The notes under the pieces: generated by a model
Databases searched by the model: none
Told to the model about the DNA's origin: nothing
Seen by the model: only the letters and a program-made list of their open reading frames with translations
Assembly: GCA_951406725.2 (NCBI GenBank)
Contig: OX597830.1
Location: 24,118,001-24,182,000 of the forward strand
Source: Octopus vulgaris
Lineage: Eukaryota
DNA length: 64,000 nucleotides
Reading direction: 5' to 3'
Program-made: the position numbers and the translations under genes
Shown here: one piece after another, positions 1 to 13,511 of the stretch
Numbering within the stretch: the stretch's first letter is position 1
Layout: every line of letters begins with the position of its first letter

Positions 1-318
1 AATTATTAATTATCATATTGTTAATTATGTACTTGTATTGTAATTATTAATTATCGTAATTACGAACTATTATATTCGTGTAAAACCTAAAATTTGCATT
101 TTCACTGATATAATTTTACTAATGGATAATTCTTGTTATTAAGTAACAAATGAAATACGAAAATCAACACCTTAATTAGTCTTATTGATATTCATTTGCC
201 CCACCTGTACATTTTTTTCTTAATTTTCGCTTAATTAGGGAAATAAACCATACGGCAGATAACTGGGCAAAATTACTTTAGTACATCATTAGTTCAAGTA
301 CGATGTATTGTTTTAGAT

Positions 319-739
319 CAGTGGCCCTCAACCGAAGTCTATATGACTCTTGAGGGTCTATATAAGATTTTTGAGGGTCTATGTTTAAATTTTTGGTATT
401 CACTTGAGTATTGTAAGGGCTCCTGAAAGAATTTTACTTTAGATGTATGTATTGGTACAGAATAAAATTGTAACCAAAGGTGTCTATAGACAAAACATGG
501 TAAAGAACCTCTGTTTTAGGTGTATATATTGGCATGTATTGCAAAAAACAGCCAGGTTTCTCTCTTTCTAACATTTTACATAGTTCAACTTACACAAGTT
601 AATGTGTGAAAAATAAAATAGGAATTTTGAAAGAAGTTTCTGGAACACTAGTTGTTAAACATCGAATGGCGAAGGGGGTCCGCCAGAAGAAAATACTAAG
701 GAATGGTATCCATGGATGAATGATGGTTGAGAACCACTG
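319..739. mobile_element. hAT (Charlie/Tip100-like) non-autonomous element (MITE)
   Basis: TIRs CAGTGGCCCTCAACC (319) and GGTTGAGAACCACTG (ends 739); identical 8-bp TSD TTTTAGAT at 311-318 and 740-747. A degenerate extra right end followed by TTTTAGGT lies at ~500-521. Confidence 0.8.
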
Positions 740-984
740 TTTTAGATGATCAAAAGAGTAGAAACGTGATTGTGTCGGTGATTACAGATCACTGATAAAG
801 TTATAGTGTTAATGTTGGTGGTGATGGACATTTCATAGAGGACAGTGAGGTGGAGCCTGTGGTGTTTATTTTGGAGAATGGTTGTCGATTTTGCTTGTTG
901 TTTAGAATGGATGGTGTTGTGCTAATACCCTGATGGTCGTGGCTTTTTTTGGGTGGGTGTACAAATATTGATTTCATATTCTTG

Positions 985-1170
985 CACAAGGCCTACAAGT
1001 TCGTAGGGAGGAGATAAGTCTATTACATCGACGCCAGTGTTCAATTGGCATTTATTTTTATTATTTCATCGATCCCGAAAGAATGAATGGCAAATCGACC
1101 TCGGTGGAATTGGAACTCAGAACGTAAAGCCGTCATGAAATGCTTCTAAGCATTTTTCCCGGCGTACAAA
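985..1170 (-). mobile_element. Degenerate Meta-domain-like tRNA SINE (group A)
   Basis: Matches the reverse complement of the group A core GTCGACTTTGCCTTTCATCCTTTCGGGGTCGATAAA seen in many copies in this window. Confidence 0.7.
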
Positions 1171-1206
1171 TATTCAGGTGCTCTGAGTGTAGAAGTTCCA
1201 GTGTGG

Positions 1207-1240
<34 letters not shown>

Positions 1241-1443
1241 AGTGGTGCTGGTGGTGTTATGGTGTTGGTAGTGGTGGTGGTCGTGGTGGTGGTCGTGGTG
1301 ATGGTGGTGCCGCTGCTGCCGGTTGAGGTGGTTGTAGTGGTATATTGATGGTGTAGCGATGAGGGTGTCATGGTGCTGATGCTATAGTAACGATAGTGTT
1401 ACTGGTTATAGTAATAGTGATGGTAGTTGTGGTGTTATGTGAA

Positions 1444-1773
1444 GGAGCATGGCTCAATGGTTAGAGCGTCGGGTTCACAATCATGTGGTAGTAAGTTCAA
1501 TTCCCGGACTGGTATGTGTGTTGTGCTCATGGGCAAGACACTTTATTTCACGTTGCTCCAGTTCACTCATCTGCAGAAATGAGTTGTGACGTCACTGATG
1601 CCACGCTGTATCAGCCTTTGTCTTTCCCTTGGATAACATTGGTGGCATGGATAGGAGAGGCTGGTATGATTGGGTGACTGCTGCTCTTCCATAAAGAACC
1701 TTGTCCGTACTTGTGTCTCGGAGGGTAACTTTCTAGCTGCAATCTCATGGTCATTCATGACCGAAGGGGGTCT
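1444..1773 (+). mobile_element. tRNA-headed CORE-like SINE (group C)
   Basis: A/B-box-like TGGCTCAATGG ... GTTCAATTCC followed by CORE-like TGGGCAAGACACTTTATTTCAC; homologous to the inverted copy at 2215-2543. Confidence 0.8.
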
Positions 1774-1819
1774 TTACTTTTATCCTAGTTGTGTTATAGT
1801 GATAGTGTGATGGAACGGG

Positions 1820-2130
1820 ATACGAGATGCATTCAAAAGGTTTTGAGACTACTTCAAGAGAAACATTTATTAATTTCCAACAGCACTCTAATCTACCTCA
1901 AAATACGATCGACTGACATCAATACGCTTGTTTGTAACCCTCCAGCCATTTCATGAAGGCCTACATGGAAGTCCTACAAAGTCAGAGCTTCCTTCATCTC
2001 CTCTTGGAGCTTGACGACCAAAATTCACAGAATAAATAGTCAGAACTGTAAGGAGGGGGAAGGACAGTTTTGATGCCCACCTCTATCAAATAGTTGGTTA
2101 CAAGGATGGAATTCTGACAAGCAGTGCTTA
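1820..2130 (-). mobile_element. Degenerate mariner-like 3' fragment
   Basis: TA + CGAGATGCATTCAAAAGGTTTTGAGACT mariner-like terminus; the internal sequence is decayed. Confidence 0.4.
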
Positions 2131-2214
2131 GTAGGATGTTTTCAAAATGCCGTTACAACAGTCTCTTTCAATCTGGAATAACATATGTTGGCATGTTAGC
2201 TTATTACATATCTG

Positions 2215-2543
2215 AGACCCCCTTCGGTCACGACACAGATCATGGGATTGCATCTACAAAGTTACCCTCCCAGGCACAAGTCCGGGCAAGATTGTTTATG
2301 GAAGACCAGCAGTCGCCCATGCATACCAGCCTCCCCTCTCCACGCCACCAGAGTTATCCAAGAGAAAGGCAAAAGGGCCGATACATCTTGGCACCTGTGA
2401 CGTTGCAATTCATTTCTACAACTGAGTGAACTGGAGTAACTTGAAATAAAGTGTCTTGCTCAAGAACACAACACGCAGCCCGGTCCGAGATTCGAGCTCA
2501 CAACCTCACGATCGTAAGATCGACGCTCTAACCACTGAACCAT
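2215..2543 (-). mobile_element. tRNA-headed CORE-like SINE (group C)
   Basis: Full-length reverse-complement homologue of 1444-1773. Confidence 0.8.
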
Positions 2544-3399
2544 ATTGTAAAGATATACTAAAATTACAATAATCTAGGACAGTTATATCTAACTGACTGT
2601 GCTAAGAATCTCAAAACTTCTAAAATGTATTTCGTATGAATGGTGTGGCGGCGATGGTGCTGGTGGTTATAGTAATGAATGCGATGGGTGTGTATGGGAG
2701 TGATATGGTAGTGTAGTTGTTCTGATGAGGATTGTGGCGTGGAAGGGTCTGAGGTTGTGGTGAGTATGATAGTGGAGGTAGTGGGGGGCGGAGTTGGTGG
2801 GTGTGGGTGTTGAAGGTAATCAGGCGAAGGTAGTGTTGGTAGTGGTGGTGGTGGTGGAAAGATAGTAGTAAAGTGAGAAAAATATCGTGCGAAGATGGTG
2901 GTGGCGGTGGTGGTTTTGAAGATAGTTTTGAAGAAGTTGGTGTAGGAGAATGGCGGGAAAAGAATGGGAGTGTTACGAGGGTTGGGTGCGTAGAGTTGGT
3001 GGAGAAGCGAGAATGGTGAAGATGTGAAGACGATGGTGCGCTGAGAATAACGATATGATATGGATGATGCGGGGGGGGTCTTGATGGTGGTGCTGGCGGT
3101 GATGGTAAAATAAGAATTTAGGTGTTGGCGATGAAAATTGTGTAATCGGTGTGGGTGGCGGTGTGGTTGAGACAGTGGAGGCGAGGAGGGTTGCAATTGT
3201 AGTTGTTGTTGTTGTTTTTGTTGTTTTTGTTGGTGTTTCTGATATTCATGTTGGTTTTCGATTCTATTTCAGGAATTAAATTTTTATCTTTTCTGTATAC
3301 TTCTCGTTATTTTTTTTTCTTTTATATTTAAAGATTTCTTCAGATTTCGAACATTTCATTTTCTCCTCATTTCTTCATAAGCTTTAATCAATTCTCACC

Positions 3400-3550
3400 A
3401 CACAGACACACAGACACACACACGTACGTACACACACATAAAAACACATACACACACCCACACTCACGCGCACAAACACACATGCGCAGGTATATGCCAC
3501 TGTGTATGTGTACTTATATATATATGTGTGTGAGTGTGAGTGCGCGCACG

Positions 3551-3590
<40 letters not shown>

Positions 3591-4041
3591 CATATATACA
3601 TATATATATATATATATGCATTATTGCCATACATATGGGGAAATACATACATAGATATGTAAATGTTCTGCGTATATATTTGTGTGTGAATACATATATA
3701 TTATGTATATATGTATTTATATATGTGTATGTGTGTGCAGATGTACCTGTATGTATGTATGTATGTGTGTATGTATGTATGTATGTATGTATGTACGAAC
3801 ACATAGCACTAAATATGTATAATGCACATACATGCCAACAGTAGCATATAGACATACGCAGTAATGTATGTATGCATGTATATATACATATGGATAAACA
3901 TATATACACATATATACGCATATAGTAACTGTGCGTACATATGTTTTAGACGCCAGGCTATACCTACTTTGTCATATGTATGCTCACCACACACCATCAT
4001 GCACACATACATACACACACACACACACACACATATATATT

Positions 4042-4093
<52 letters not shown>

Positions 4094-4140
4094 TTCCTAT
4101 ATACATATATATATACACACACACACATATATATACACAT

Positions 4141-4184
<44 letters not shown>

Positions 4185-4291
4185 ACACATACACACACAC
4201 ATATATATATATAGAGAGAGAAATAGATAGATAGTTATACGTACATATATGTATATGTGTGTGTGTTTGTGTGTGTAACTACGTGTGTATG

Positions 4292-4329
<38 letters not shown>

Positions 4330-4420
4330 TATGTATATTTAAATATACATATATGCACATATACATACACATACATATGTATATTCTAACATCATATATA
4401 TACATATATATATACATATT
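3400..4420. repeat. Compound (CA)n/(TA)n/(TATG)n microsatellite tract
   Basis: Direct inspection. Confidence 0.9.
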
Positions 4421-4669
4421 AAATGTAGTATTTATGTATTAAGAGAGATGCAGGCAGACACTTACAAACATATATTTATAGAAACATAAATACACCAAAC
4501 CGTATAAATTTTTCTAGTATATAGCTATAATTGCATTCTAACGCACACAAGCATATCTTTATTATTGTCACACTGCCTTCCGCGCATGCGTGCTTATAGT
4601 TGGTACTGTTGTGGTCGCAGTGTAAGCACAGCAGTGTGCACCCAAGGAGAACAAAGAGCAGTGATCCGA

Positions 4670-5420
4670 GAGATGGTAATCGCGAACCGGTTCACCATTA
4701 ACATCTTTCGCGTTTCCCGAATCTTCTTGTCAGTGGTGGAGGTTGACGGGCGTTCTGATCCCTCTTCGACCGTCACGCTTTCCCGGCCGCTTTTAAAACT
4801 TCTCGATCCACTCGTAAACACTTCTACGTGTTGGAGGCGCAATGGCCCAGTGGTTAGGACAGCGGACTCGCGGTCATAGAATCGCGGTTTCGATTCCCAG
4901 ACCGGGCGTTGTGAGTGTTTATTGAGCGAAAACATCTAAAGCTCCACGAGGCTCCGGCAGGGGATGGTGATCCCTGCTGTACTCTTTCACCACAACTTTC
5001 TCTCACTCTTACTTCCTGTTTCTGTTGTACCTGTATTTCAAAGGGCCGGCCTTGTCACTCTCTGTGTCACGCTGAATATCCCCGAGAACTACGTTAAGGG
5101 TACACGTGTCTGTGGAGTGCTCAGCCACTTACACGTTAATTTCACGAGCAGGCTGTTCCGTTGATTCGGATCAACCGGAACCCTCGTCGTCGTAACCGAC
5201 GGAGTGCTTCTCAAAACACTTCTACGTGGTAGTGCACTGTGCCCGTATTGTCCTAAAGGCCTCAGATGAATTTCAGTACCTGATGCACTTTTCAACCAGA
5301 GAAATCTGATCAGTGTTTTTTGTTCTTCATTGGTGTACATTGATATTGGAGCGGCCATGCTTACACCGTAAAGCCAGAAAAAAAAATGGCGTGATAAGGC
5401 TCAAACTTCGATCACTTATG
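4670..5420 (-). mobile_element. Mariner transposase N-terminal fragment interrupted by a SINE
   Basis: MAAPISMYTNEEQKTLIRFLWLKSASGTEIH...ALPRRSV continues after the SINE as ...FKSGRESVTVEEGSERPSTSTT (mariner HTH plus GRP-like motif). Confidence 0.8.
4831..5213 (+). mobile_element. Full-length tRNA-headed SINE (group C, OR-like) with 15-bp TSD
   Basis: Head TGGCCCAGTGG...TTCGATTCC; TSD AAACACTTCTACGTG at 4816-4830 and 5214-5228. Confidence 0.9.
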
Positions 5421-5946
5421 ACCTTTCTCCGTAGTAATTTTGTTTGACCCATCATATTGTATTTCTGAACAATTGTGTATCTATTATTTCCTTCAGTGTA
5501 TTTTTTTCGTACATATAGCTCACTATAGTAACATCACTGAATATTTCTCTTTTCTTCAATCACATCTTATACATAGTACATTTTCAATTTCTTTATCATT
5601 TCCGTAACTCGTTTCTTGCATATACATTCGCAATTAATCTTCTTCTGAGGTTGATATCTTTGAACAACATATTGAATGGCAAGAGATATGTGTACGCATA
5701 TATGTCTTTGTTGGTGTGCATGTGTGCGTGTGTGTGTGTATATATAGACATCAATAGCACAAGCATATACACTTATCTGTATATATGTGTGTATTTATAT
5801 ATATGTAGGTAAATTTAAGATATATCTCGGTTTTAGTTTAAGACTATCCTCCTTCCACTGACGCATTTCGTAGTTGCTGTCCTCAAATAGATAACCCTTG
5901 GAATAATGCTAAAACGTTTATCTACCATCGTTTAGAACAAATAGCA

Positions 5947-6265
5947 CAGGGTGTTCGGGCTAAATTTGACGGCATAAAAGGAAAAGGAAGCATAATATCC
6001 CATCCCAAAACAAAAGCATTCTAACAAAAAAAAACAAAAAAAAACTATCAAGTTGAATATAGCTGGGAGATAGCAGTTTACTGAAAGTAGCCATCCTCGG
6101 CTTCCAGCAGGGCCTCAAGACGGTTCCAGAACTTGATGCGTCCGTTCCTCAGTTTATTTCTGGGAAATCTTCAAACACCTCATTGATCTTGGCCAGCAGC
6201 CCGGTCTTGGTGTTGCAGGCAGAACGCTTGCTGTCTTTCTCAACCGCGCCTCACACGTAGTAATA
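5947..6265 (-). mobile_element. maT/DD37D-like Tc1-mariner 3' fragment
   Basis: CAGGGTG terminus; minus strand reads YYV*GAVEKD...CNTKTGLLAKINEVF...NRLEALLEAEDGYFQ*, homologous to the element at 29.7-30.4 kb. Confidence 0.7.
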
Positions 6266-6298
6266 TACGGTAATATAAATTGGTATATCCAATAACTA

Positions 6299-6864
6299 TA
6301 GGGTTGTCCGGAAAGTTCATGCCGATTTCTAAAGGAAAGAAAACGGTCAATAAATACTTGCCATTACATTTTTAATCAACCAAATATGAACCATTTTGTT
6401 GCACAATGCGTCTCCATCTTTCCTTTAACTTGAATGTACCCTCTTCCCAGAATTGGGGTGGTTTCATGGCAAAGAATTTATCAAGGTATCTTTTTACGTC
6501 ATCCAAGGAATTGAAATTTTTACCATTAAGATTATTCTGCAGAGGCCTGAATAAGTGGAAATCCGAAGGAGCAATATCTGGTGAATATGGAGGGTGGGGT
6601 AACACATCCCAGCCGAGCTGCATCAATTTTTGTCTGGTACCCAAATCATCAAGTGCCGAAAATGAATTTTCTTATCTTCCACTTTAAAGGGTTACAGAAT
6701 TACCACAGGTTATAGGAACTTAAACCTTCTTCCACGAAAAGATAGCTTAAACTGTACTCTAAATGGAAGTGTAATCAAATCCTATTTTATGGACTCAGCC
6801 ATGTTCTAAAATAAATTGAAAGGTAAGCTACTATAAATCGGCACGAACTTTCCGGACAACCTAA
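6299..6864 (-). mobile_element. Internally deleted mariner (DD34D, Hsmar1/cecropia-like TIR)
   Basis: ~30-bp TIRs T(A/T)(G/A)GGTTGTCCGGAAAGTTC(A/G)TGCCGATTT with TA TSDs; N-terminus EDKKIHFRHLM fused at ~6640 to C-terminus HPPYSPDIAPSDFHLF...RWRRIVQQNGSYLVD. Confidence 0.92.
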
Positions 6865-7231
6865 TACATACCACTATAAATGGTGGTTATTTAAGCAATG
6901 AGTCCGTAGATGATTAGTGAGTTAGGTAGGTGATGATGAAGGAACAATACCCGCCGAAATATGGCATATGCGTCCATTACACATTTTTCATTTTCAATCT
7001 CATTTGTTTACTTCTAGCGTCTCGGATACGAAACGTCGTAACAAAAATCAGTGCTGGCTGTAATTCCAATGGAAAATATGTAGAGATGTCCTTAATACGT
7101 GATTTAACTGCACTGCTAACACTGTAGAACGCGGTATCGGTTTATAAAAACGTTTAATATCCCTTGTAGCCATTCATGGTTGCATAATGAAATAGCGTGT
7201 GCCTACAAGCCATTAATATTTACGCACCAGA

Positions 7232-7618
7232 AGGCGGCGAGCTGGCAGAAACGTTAGCACGCCGGGGGAAATTTTTAGCGGTATTTCGTCTGTCTTTACG
7301 TTCTGAGTTCAAATTATGCAGAGGTCGACTTTGCTTTTCATCCTTTCGGTGTCGATGTAATCCCTTTGTCTGTCCTTGTTTGTCCGCTCTATGTTTAGCC
7401 CCCTGTGAGCAATAAAGAAATAAGAAACGTGCCGGACGAAACGTTTAGCGGTATTTCATCTGTCTTTACGTTCTGAGTTCAAATTATGCCGTGGTCGACT
7501 CTGCCTTTTATCCTTTCGGGGTCGATAAATTAAGTACCAGTTGCGTACTGGGATCACTCTAAATGACTGGCCTCCTCGCCATAAATTTCGGGCCTTTTGC
7601 CTAGAATAGAAAAGAATA
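7232..7618 (+). mobile_element. Group A SINE, internally duplicated
   Basis: Head GGCGGCGAGCTGGCAGAAACGTTAGCACGCCG; the core is repeated twice. Confidence 0.85.
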
Positions 7619-8509
7619 TTTACGTACCAGCTTCCAGGAATATATTTAATATGTAAATTGGTATATCCAATAACGTTAGACGGCTATATGTAGTTGCTAT
7701 GTATGTGGAGATACACAAACACAGACACACACATACATAGACACACAAAAACACAAACATGCACACATATATGTATATGCATGTGTATATATATATATAT
7801 AGTCTCATTTTTTAAAGCGTATTCTATATTCTTCATAAGGAGACAACATTTCCTGGAAAGTTCCCTCCTTGTGTAACAATTAAAAAGACGTTTGTTTCTC
7901 GAGTTATTTTTAATATTTAATTTGATTTGAGCGTTTAATCCTTCAATATTTCCAAGCATTTTTTTTCAGCAGTCTCTGCCTTCATCGGAACAAAGTGTTC
8001 CAAAGAATTTCATAATTATATTAACCGATTATATTTTATTCAACAAGAATTCATTAAAATAGGGGAAAAAATTATAAGAGGAAATGAAAATATTAACAAA
8101 AAAAAATGAGTAGAAGTAGATTTGAACGTATAAGAAGGAGTTTATATAAGTAGATAAGTATATTGGAATAGATTGGTAAAAGTTTTCGCTTTTCGGTAGA
8201 CAAAAATAATGCTAAAAAATATATATATTTATGAAGATTTGGGTTTATTTCAAATCTATAGAAAAGAAGTATTAAGAACAGATTTTCTTTTCGTTAATAT
8301 TTTTTGAGTATTTTTAATCAGCACAATTCGTCTTTTGTTCGCTCAGATTTTGAGATGCTTAGCAGACAGTCTTTTGGTCTATGACATTATAGGAATTACA
8401 GAACACAGATTTAGATTTATCAAGTGTGTGCGCGCGCGCGTGTGTGTTTGTATGTGTATTCATGTGTATGTACTGCATGCGTGTGTATGTGTGTGTGTTA
8501 TGTGTAATT

Positions 8510-8930
8510 TTCTATTTCTTTACTACCCACGAGGGGCTAAACACAGAGGGGACAAACAAGGACAGACAAACGGATTAAGTCGATTATATCGACTCCAGTG
8601 CTTAACTGGTACTTATTTAATCGACCCCGAAAGGATGGAAGGCAAAGTCGACCTCGGCGGAATTTGAACTCAGAACGTAAAGACAGACGAAATACCTATT
8701 TCTTTACTATCCGCAAGGGGATAAACACAGAGAGGACAAACAAGGTCAGACAAACTGATTAAGTCGATTATATCGACCCCAGTGCGTAGCTGGTCCTTAA
8801 TTTATCGACCCCGAAAGGATGAAAGGCAAAGTCGACCTCGGCGGAATTTGAATTCAGAACGTATCGGCAGACGGAATACCGCAAAGCATTTCACCCGCCG
8901 AGCTAACGTTTCTGCCAGTTCACCGCCTTA
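8510..8930 (-). mobile_element. Group A SINE, tandem dimer
   Basis: Two ~186-bp units each with CCCGAAAGGATG(A/G)AAGGCAAAGTCGACCTCGGCGGAATTTGAA; head at ~8900-8930. Confidence 0.9.
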
Positions 8931-9369
8931 TATGTAATTTTGTTATGTGTAATTTTTTGTGAGTATGCGCCTGTGGTGGCGAGTTGATTGGATGAGTAGG
9001 GGACAAAATTATGTTGGGCTTTCCTTTCCGACATTCCTTGTTCTAATCAGTAATTGCGGTTATCATCTTCGAAAATAACTGTCCCTTCGTAGCTTGTAGT
9101 CACAAGCAAAATTAGACACTTGCTTGAAAATCCCACCAACGATCTAATAGGACATCCGGCCTGTGATAGCTTGATGGAAAGGGGACAACTCCAGCACTGG
9201 CACTCCTAAGTAGACTGGGCAAATGTGAAATGAAATGCATTGCTCAAGCTCACAGTCTTGTCCAAGAACCGAACTCATGACCAACATCATAAAGAATAAG
9301 GAAAGGATTAAATCGGTGAGCTGTATATCGTATATAAATATTTATATCCCATTTTTTAAAATGACATTT

Positions 9370-9673
9370 GTTGTTTGTTCCTTCTCGAGCCATGCCTGGC
9401 TCATAGGGCCGGTTTCCCAGTTTCCTTGGCGTATAGGTCCTCCCCCCTGGACGGGACGCCGGTCCGTTGCAGGTGAGCTGCAAGATGCAGGAGGAAAGAG
9501 TGAGAGAAAGTTGTGGTGAAAGAGTCAGCAGAAGTTCGCCATTACCTTCTGCCGGAGACGCGTGGAGCTTAGGTGTTTCGCTCATAAACACACACATCGT
9601 CCGGTCTGAGATTCGAACCCGCGATCCCTCAATCGCGAGTCTGCTGCTCTAACCACTAGGCCATGTGCCTCCA
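9370..9673 (-). mobile_element. Group C SINE (same head/body as 4831, different tail)
   Basis: tRNA-like head at 9600-9673; body shared with 4900-5010; distinct 3' part. Confidence 0.85.
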
Positions 9674-10319
9674 CTAAATGACATTTAGTGTTTTAGAAAT
9701 CCATTTTAGCCGATTTCATCCTAGACTGACATCTAGATCACGCTTCTTCCCAAGCACCACCACTTAATATCAGGTTTGCTATAATTTTAGGAGGACATTT
9801 GTCAACATCCTATCAGGGTTTTGTCAACTTATTTTTTCCCCCGAGGCACCCGCGGATAGGGTATAAATCTATTTTCAACAATTTTCAACCATAGCTTTTA
9901 ACCATAACAATTATTCGCGATTACTTTTTGATGGCGTCTAACAAAAAAATAATAAGATAAAGAAAAGTGGAAGAAGGAGGCAGAGAGCTTCACAGGAAAG
10001 ACAAACTGAGAGAGGGAAAGAGAGAGAGAGAGAGAGTAAGTTATGACGTTCATAAGAAATAAAACGTAAAATATTTTTTGTTTTTTGTTTTTGAAAGACA
10101 CTATATTCTATAATCATAGTGTATATACTTTAGTGAAAATCGTGCGAGTGTTAATCTACAAATTTAACAACACATTTTCCATGTATGCGTGCACAAAACA
10201 TGCAATAGATGTACGTACGTGTGTGTATGTGTGTTCGTATCTATTGCCCATATATATTTATATTATATATATATATAATATATATAATATATATAATATA
10301 TATATATAATATATAATAT

Positions 10320-10438
10320 ATCTAATTTCAACGGATTTCGCCCAAATTTGACGCCAAAATTACTTAGTTTGGTTTGAAATAAAGAACTTGATTAGCTTAA
10401 TAATCGTAACTTAATCCTGGGCATGGCCGGGTTATACT

Positions 10439-10443
<5 letters not shown>
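10320..10443 (+). mobile_element. Possible Helitron-like 3' end
   Basis: GC-rich short hairpin CCTGGGCATGGCCGGG followed ~10 nt later by a degenerate CTAG-like end (CTAC). Confidence 0.3.
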
Positions 10444-10526
<83 letters not shown>

Positions 10527-10664
10527 ATACATATATACATACACGTATATGTATATATATATATATATATATACCTACCTACATACATGCATACATACAT
10601 ACATACATACATACATACATACATACATACATACATACATACATACATACATACATACATACAT

Positions 10665-10960
10665 ACAAGTATCTTCTACTATATCCTCGGGCCGACCAAA
10701 GCTTTGAGGGAAACTGAAGGATGCCCGTTGTGTGTGTATATATATATATATTTGTATGTGTGTTTGTACCCCCTCCATCGATTGAAAACCGATGCAGGTG
10801 TATTTACGCCTCTATAGCTTAACGGTTCGGTGAAAGGGACTGGCAGAATAAGTACTAAGCTTATAAAGAATAAGTGATGGGGTCGATTTGTTCGACTAAA
10901 CGCGGTGCTCCAGCATGGCCGCAGTCAAATCACTGAAACAAGTAGAAGAATAAAAGAATG
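10665..10960 (+). mobile_element. Group B SINE (OK-like), 5' truncated
   Basis: Homology to 26641-27100, including the tail GCTCCAGCATGGCCGCAGTCAAAT. Confidence 0.8.
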
Positions 10961-11243
10961 TGTACACACACACATACACATATATAAGACTTCTTTATTG
11001 TTATAATATATATATTCTTTATTTCTTTTAATTCGTTGCAATCATGCTGGTGCGGTCAGGCTGGAGCACAATTGTTCTTGGAATTTAACAGACAAAAAAT
11101 AAAATAGTGAAAAATAAAAATGAATCTAGCTATATTTTAGCTATAAAAAGTTTGGAATTTTCTAGAGAAATGAGAAAACACAACACATCTTTTTTTTTTC
11201 TTTTTGTGCTGATATCTTGCGGGAAAGCGTCAACATATATTCA

Positions 11244-11303
<60 letters not shown>

Positions 11304-11465
11304 TTAGAAGCATTTATACATTCGTCTGTTTCTTCCTACATACATAGAGGTCCGTTGACGTACCCAAGTGTCAAGCCATGGTTAGATAAAATATTTAAAC
11401 ATGAGAATAGAAATTCTGTTTCCACCCTTTACACGTATGTATGTATATCCATATATGTGTGCATG

Positions 11466-11549
<84 letters not shown>

Positions 11550-11699
11550 AATATATATATATATATGTGTGTAAATATATATATATATATATACACATAT
11601 ATATATATCGCAAACACTGAATTCAGACGGTGCAAAGAATAGAATAGATACCTAATTACAATTTCTTTCGCATACATCATACACACATACACACACACA

Positions 11700-11713
11700 C
11701 ATTATTATTATTA

Positions 11714-11803
<90 letters not shown>

Positions 11804-11848
11804 TTGTTATTATCTTTATCATTATCATCATCATCATCATCATCATCA

Positions 11849-11902
<54 letters not shown>
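11700..11902. repeat. (ATT)n/(AGT)n/(ATC)n compound trinucleotide microsatellite
   Basis: Direct inspection. Confidence 0.95.
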
Positions 11903-11906
<4 letters not shown>

Positions 11907-12298
11907 CACAGATGCATGCATACATATATGTCCATAAATACATACCTACATAAATAGGTATGTGTGTGTATTTGTACGTGTGTGTGTGTGTGTGTGTGCA
12001 TTAAGAGAGAGACAGTAACAACAGTATTAATGATTCCATTTTAGGTAAATTTAAATGTAAATAGTTACATAGATATCTGTCTTCATATTTTTGCCTCAGT
12101 GTGAATACGTGCATATATATGAGTAAATTTGCATATATTATTTAATAAAAAACACACACACACTATACACAAGGGCACACATATGCCAATAACCAAAGAT
12201 ATATATATATATATATATATATATTTAGATATATACATATATAATATGCATACACACATACGTATACATATATAAAAACTTTATAATATATATACACA

Positions 12299-12336
<38 letters not shown>

Positions 12337-12356
12337 TATGTAATATGTATACACAC

Positions 12357-12428
<72 letters not shown>

Positions 12429-12874
12429 GTGTATATAGGCACATCTATAAATATATATGTACGCACGGATGGGTTCGTATACAATTGTGCATAGATTTGT
12501 ATATCCCCTATACATATGTATGTGTGTGTGTCTATGAATGTATCTTTATATACATATTTATTATACACACACATATACACTCACACACACATATATTTAT
12601 ATATTCACATATAAATGCATACTGATGTATGAATTAATTCACTTGTATATTCATACATGCAAACATATGTGTTTAACAATCTATTATCTTGAGTCTATAA
12701 CCATAGGCAGGCTCCCGTATGAGAAACATTTAGTGCAGTTATATGTATATATGTATGAGTGTGTATATATAATGTGTACTTTGCGTGTATATATATATAT
12801 ATATATGTAGTACTAATTTATGTTTTACGTCAACTTTGTATGTACGTATATTATTTCCTACATGAAATATTTAG

Positions 12875-13453
12875 GGGAGGTGGCGCCAGTCGAATGTATC
12901 GACCCAAGTACGCAACTGGCACTTAATTCATCGACTCCGAAAGGATGAAAGGCAAAGTCGACCTCGGCGGAATTAGAACTCAAAACGTAAAGACAAACGA
13001 AATACCGTTAAGCATTTCGCCTGGCGTACTAATGTTTCTTATTTCTTTATTGCCCACAAGGGGCTAAACATAGAGGGGACAAACAAGAACAGACAAAGGG
13101 ATTGAGTCGATTACATCGATCCCAGTGCGTAACTGGTACTTATTTAATCGACCCCGAATGGATGAAAGGCAAAGTCGACCTCAGCGGAATTTGAACTCAG
13201 AACGTAAAGACAGACGAAATACCTATTTCTTTACTATCCGCAAGGGGCTAAACACGGAGAGGACAAACAAGGACAGACAAACGGATTAAGTCGATTATAT
13301 CGACCCCAGTGCGTAGCTGGTCCTTAATTTATCGACCCCGAAAGGATGAAAGGCAAAGTCGACCTCGGCGGAATTTGAACTCCGAACGTAACCCAGACGA
13401 AAGACCGCTAAGCATTTCGCTCGGCGTGCTAACGTTTCTGCCAGCTCACCGCC
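12875..13453 (-). mobile_element. Group A SINE, tandem trimer
   Basis: Three core copies; single head at ~13420-13453. Confidence 0.9.
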
Positions 13454-13511
13454 TCATATATGTACGTATATTGTAACAAGTATACCAGCGAATATACGGG
13501 TTGGCGTGTGA

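Noticed and set aside
2564-3196. 210-aa Pro/Thr/His-rich ORF
   Set aside because: Degenerate GGT-rich low-complexity sequence
4833-4905. tRNA gene (also other SINE heads)
   Set aside because: tRNA-like A/B boxes are SINE heads followed by SINE bodies and TSDs
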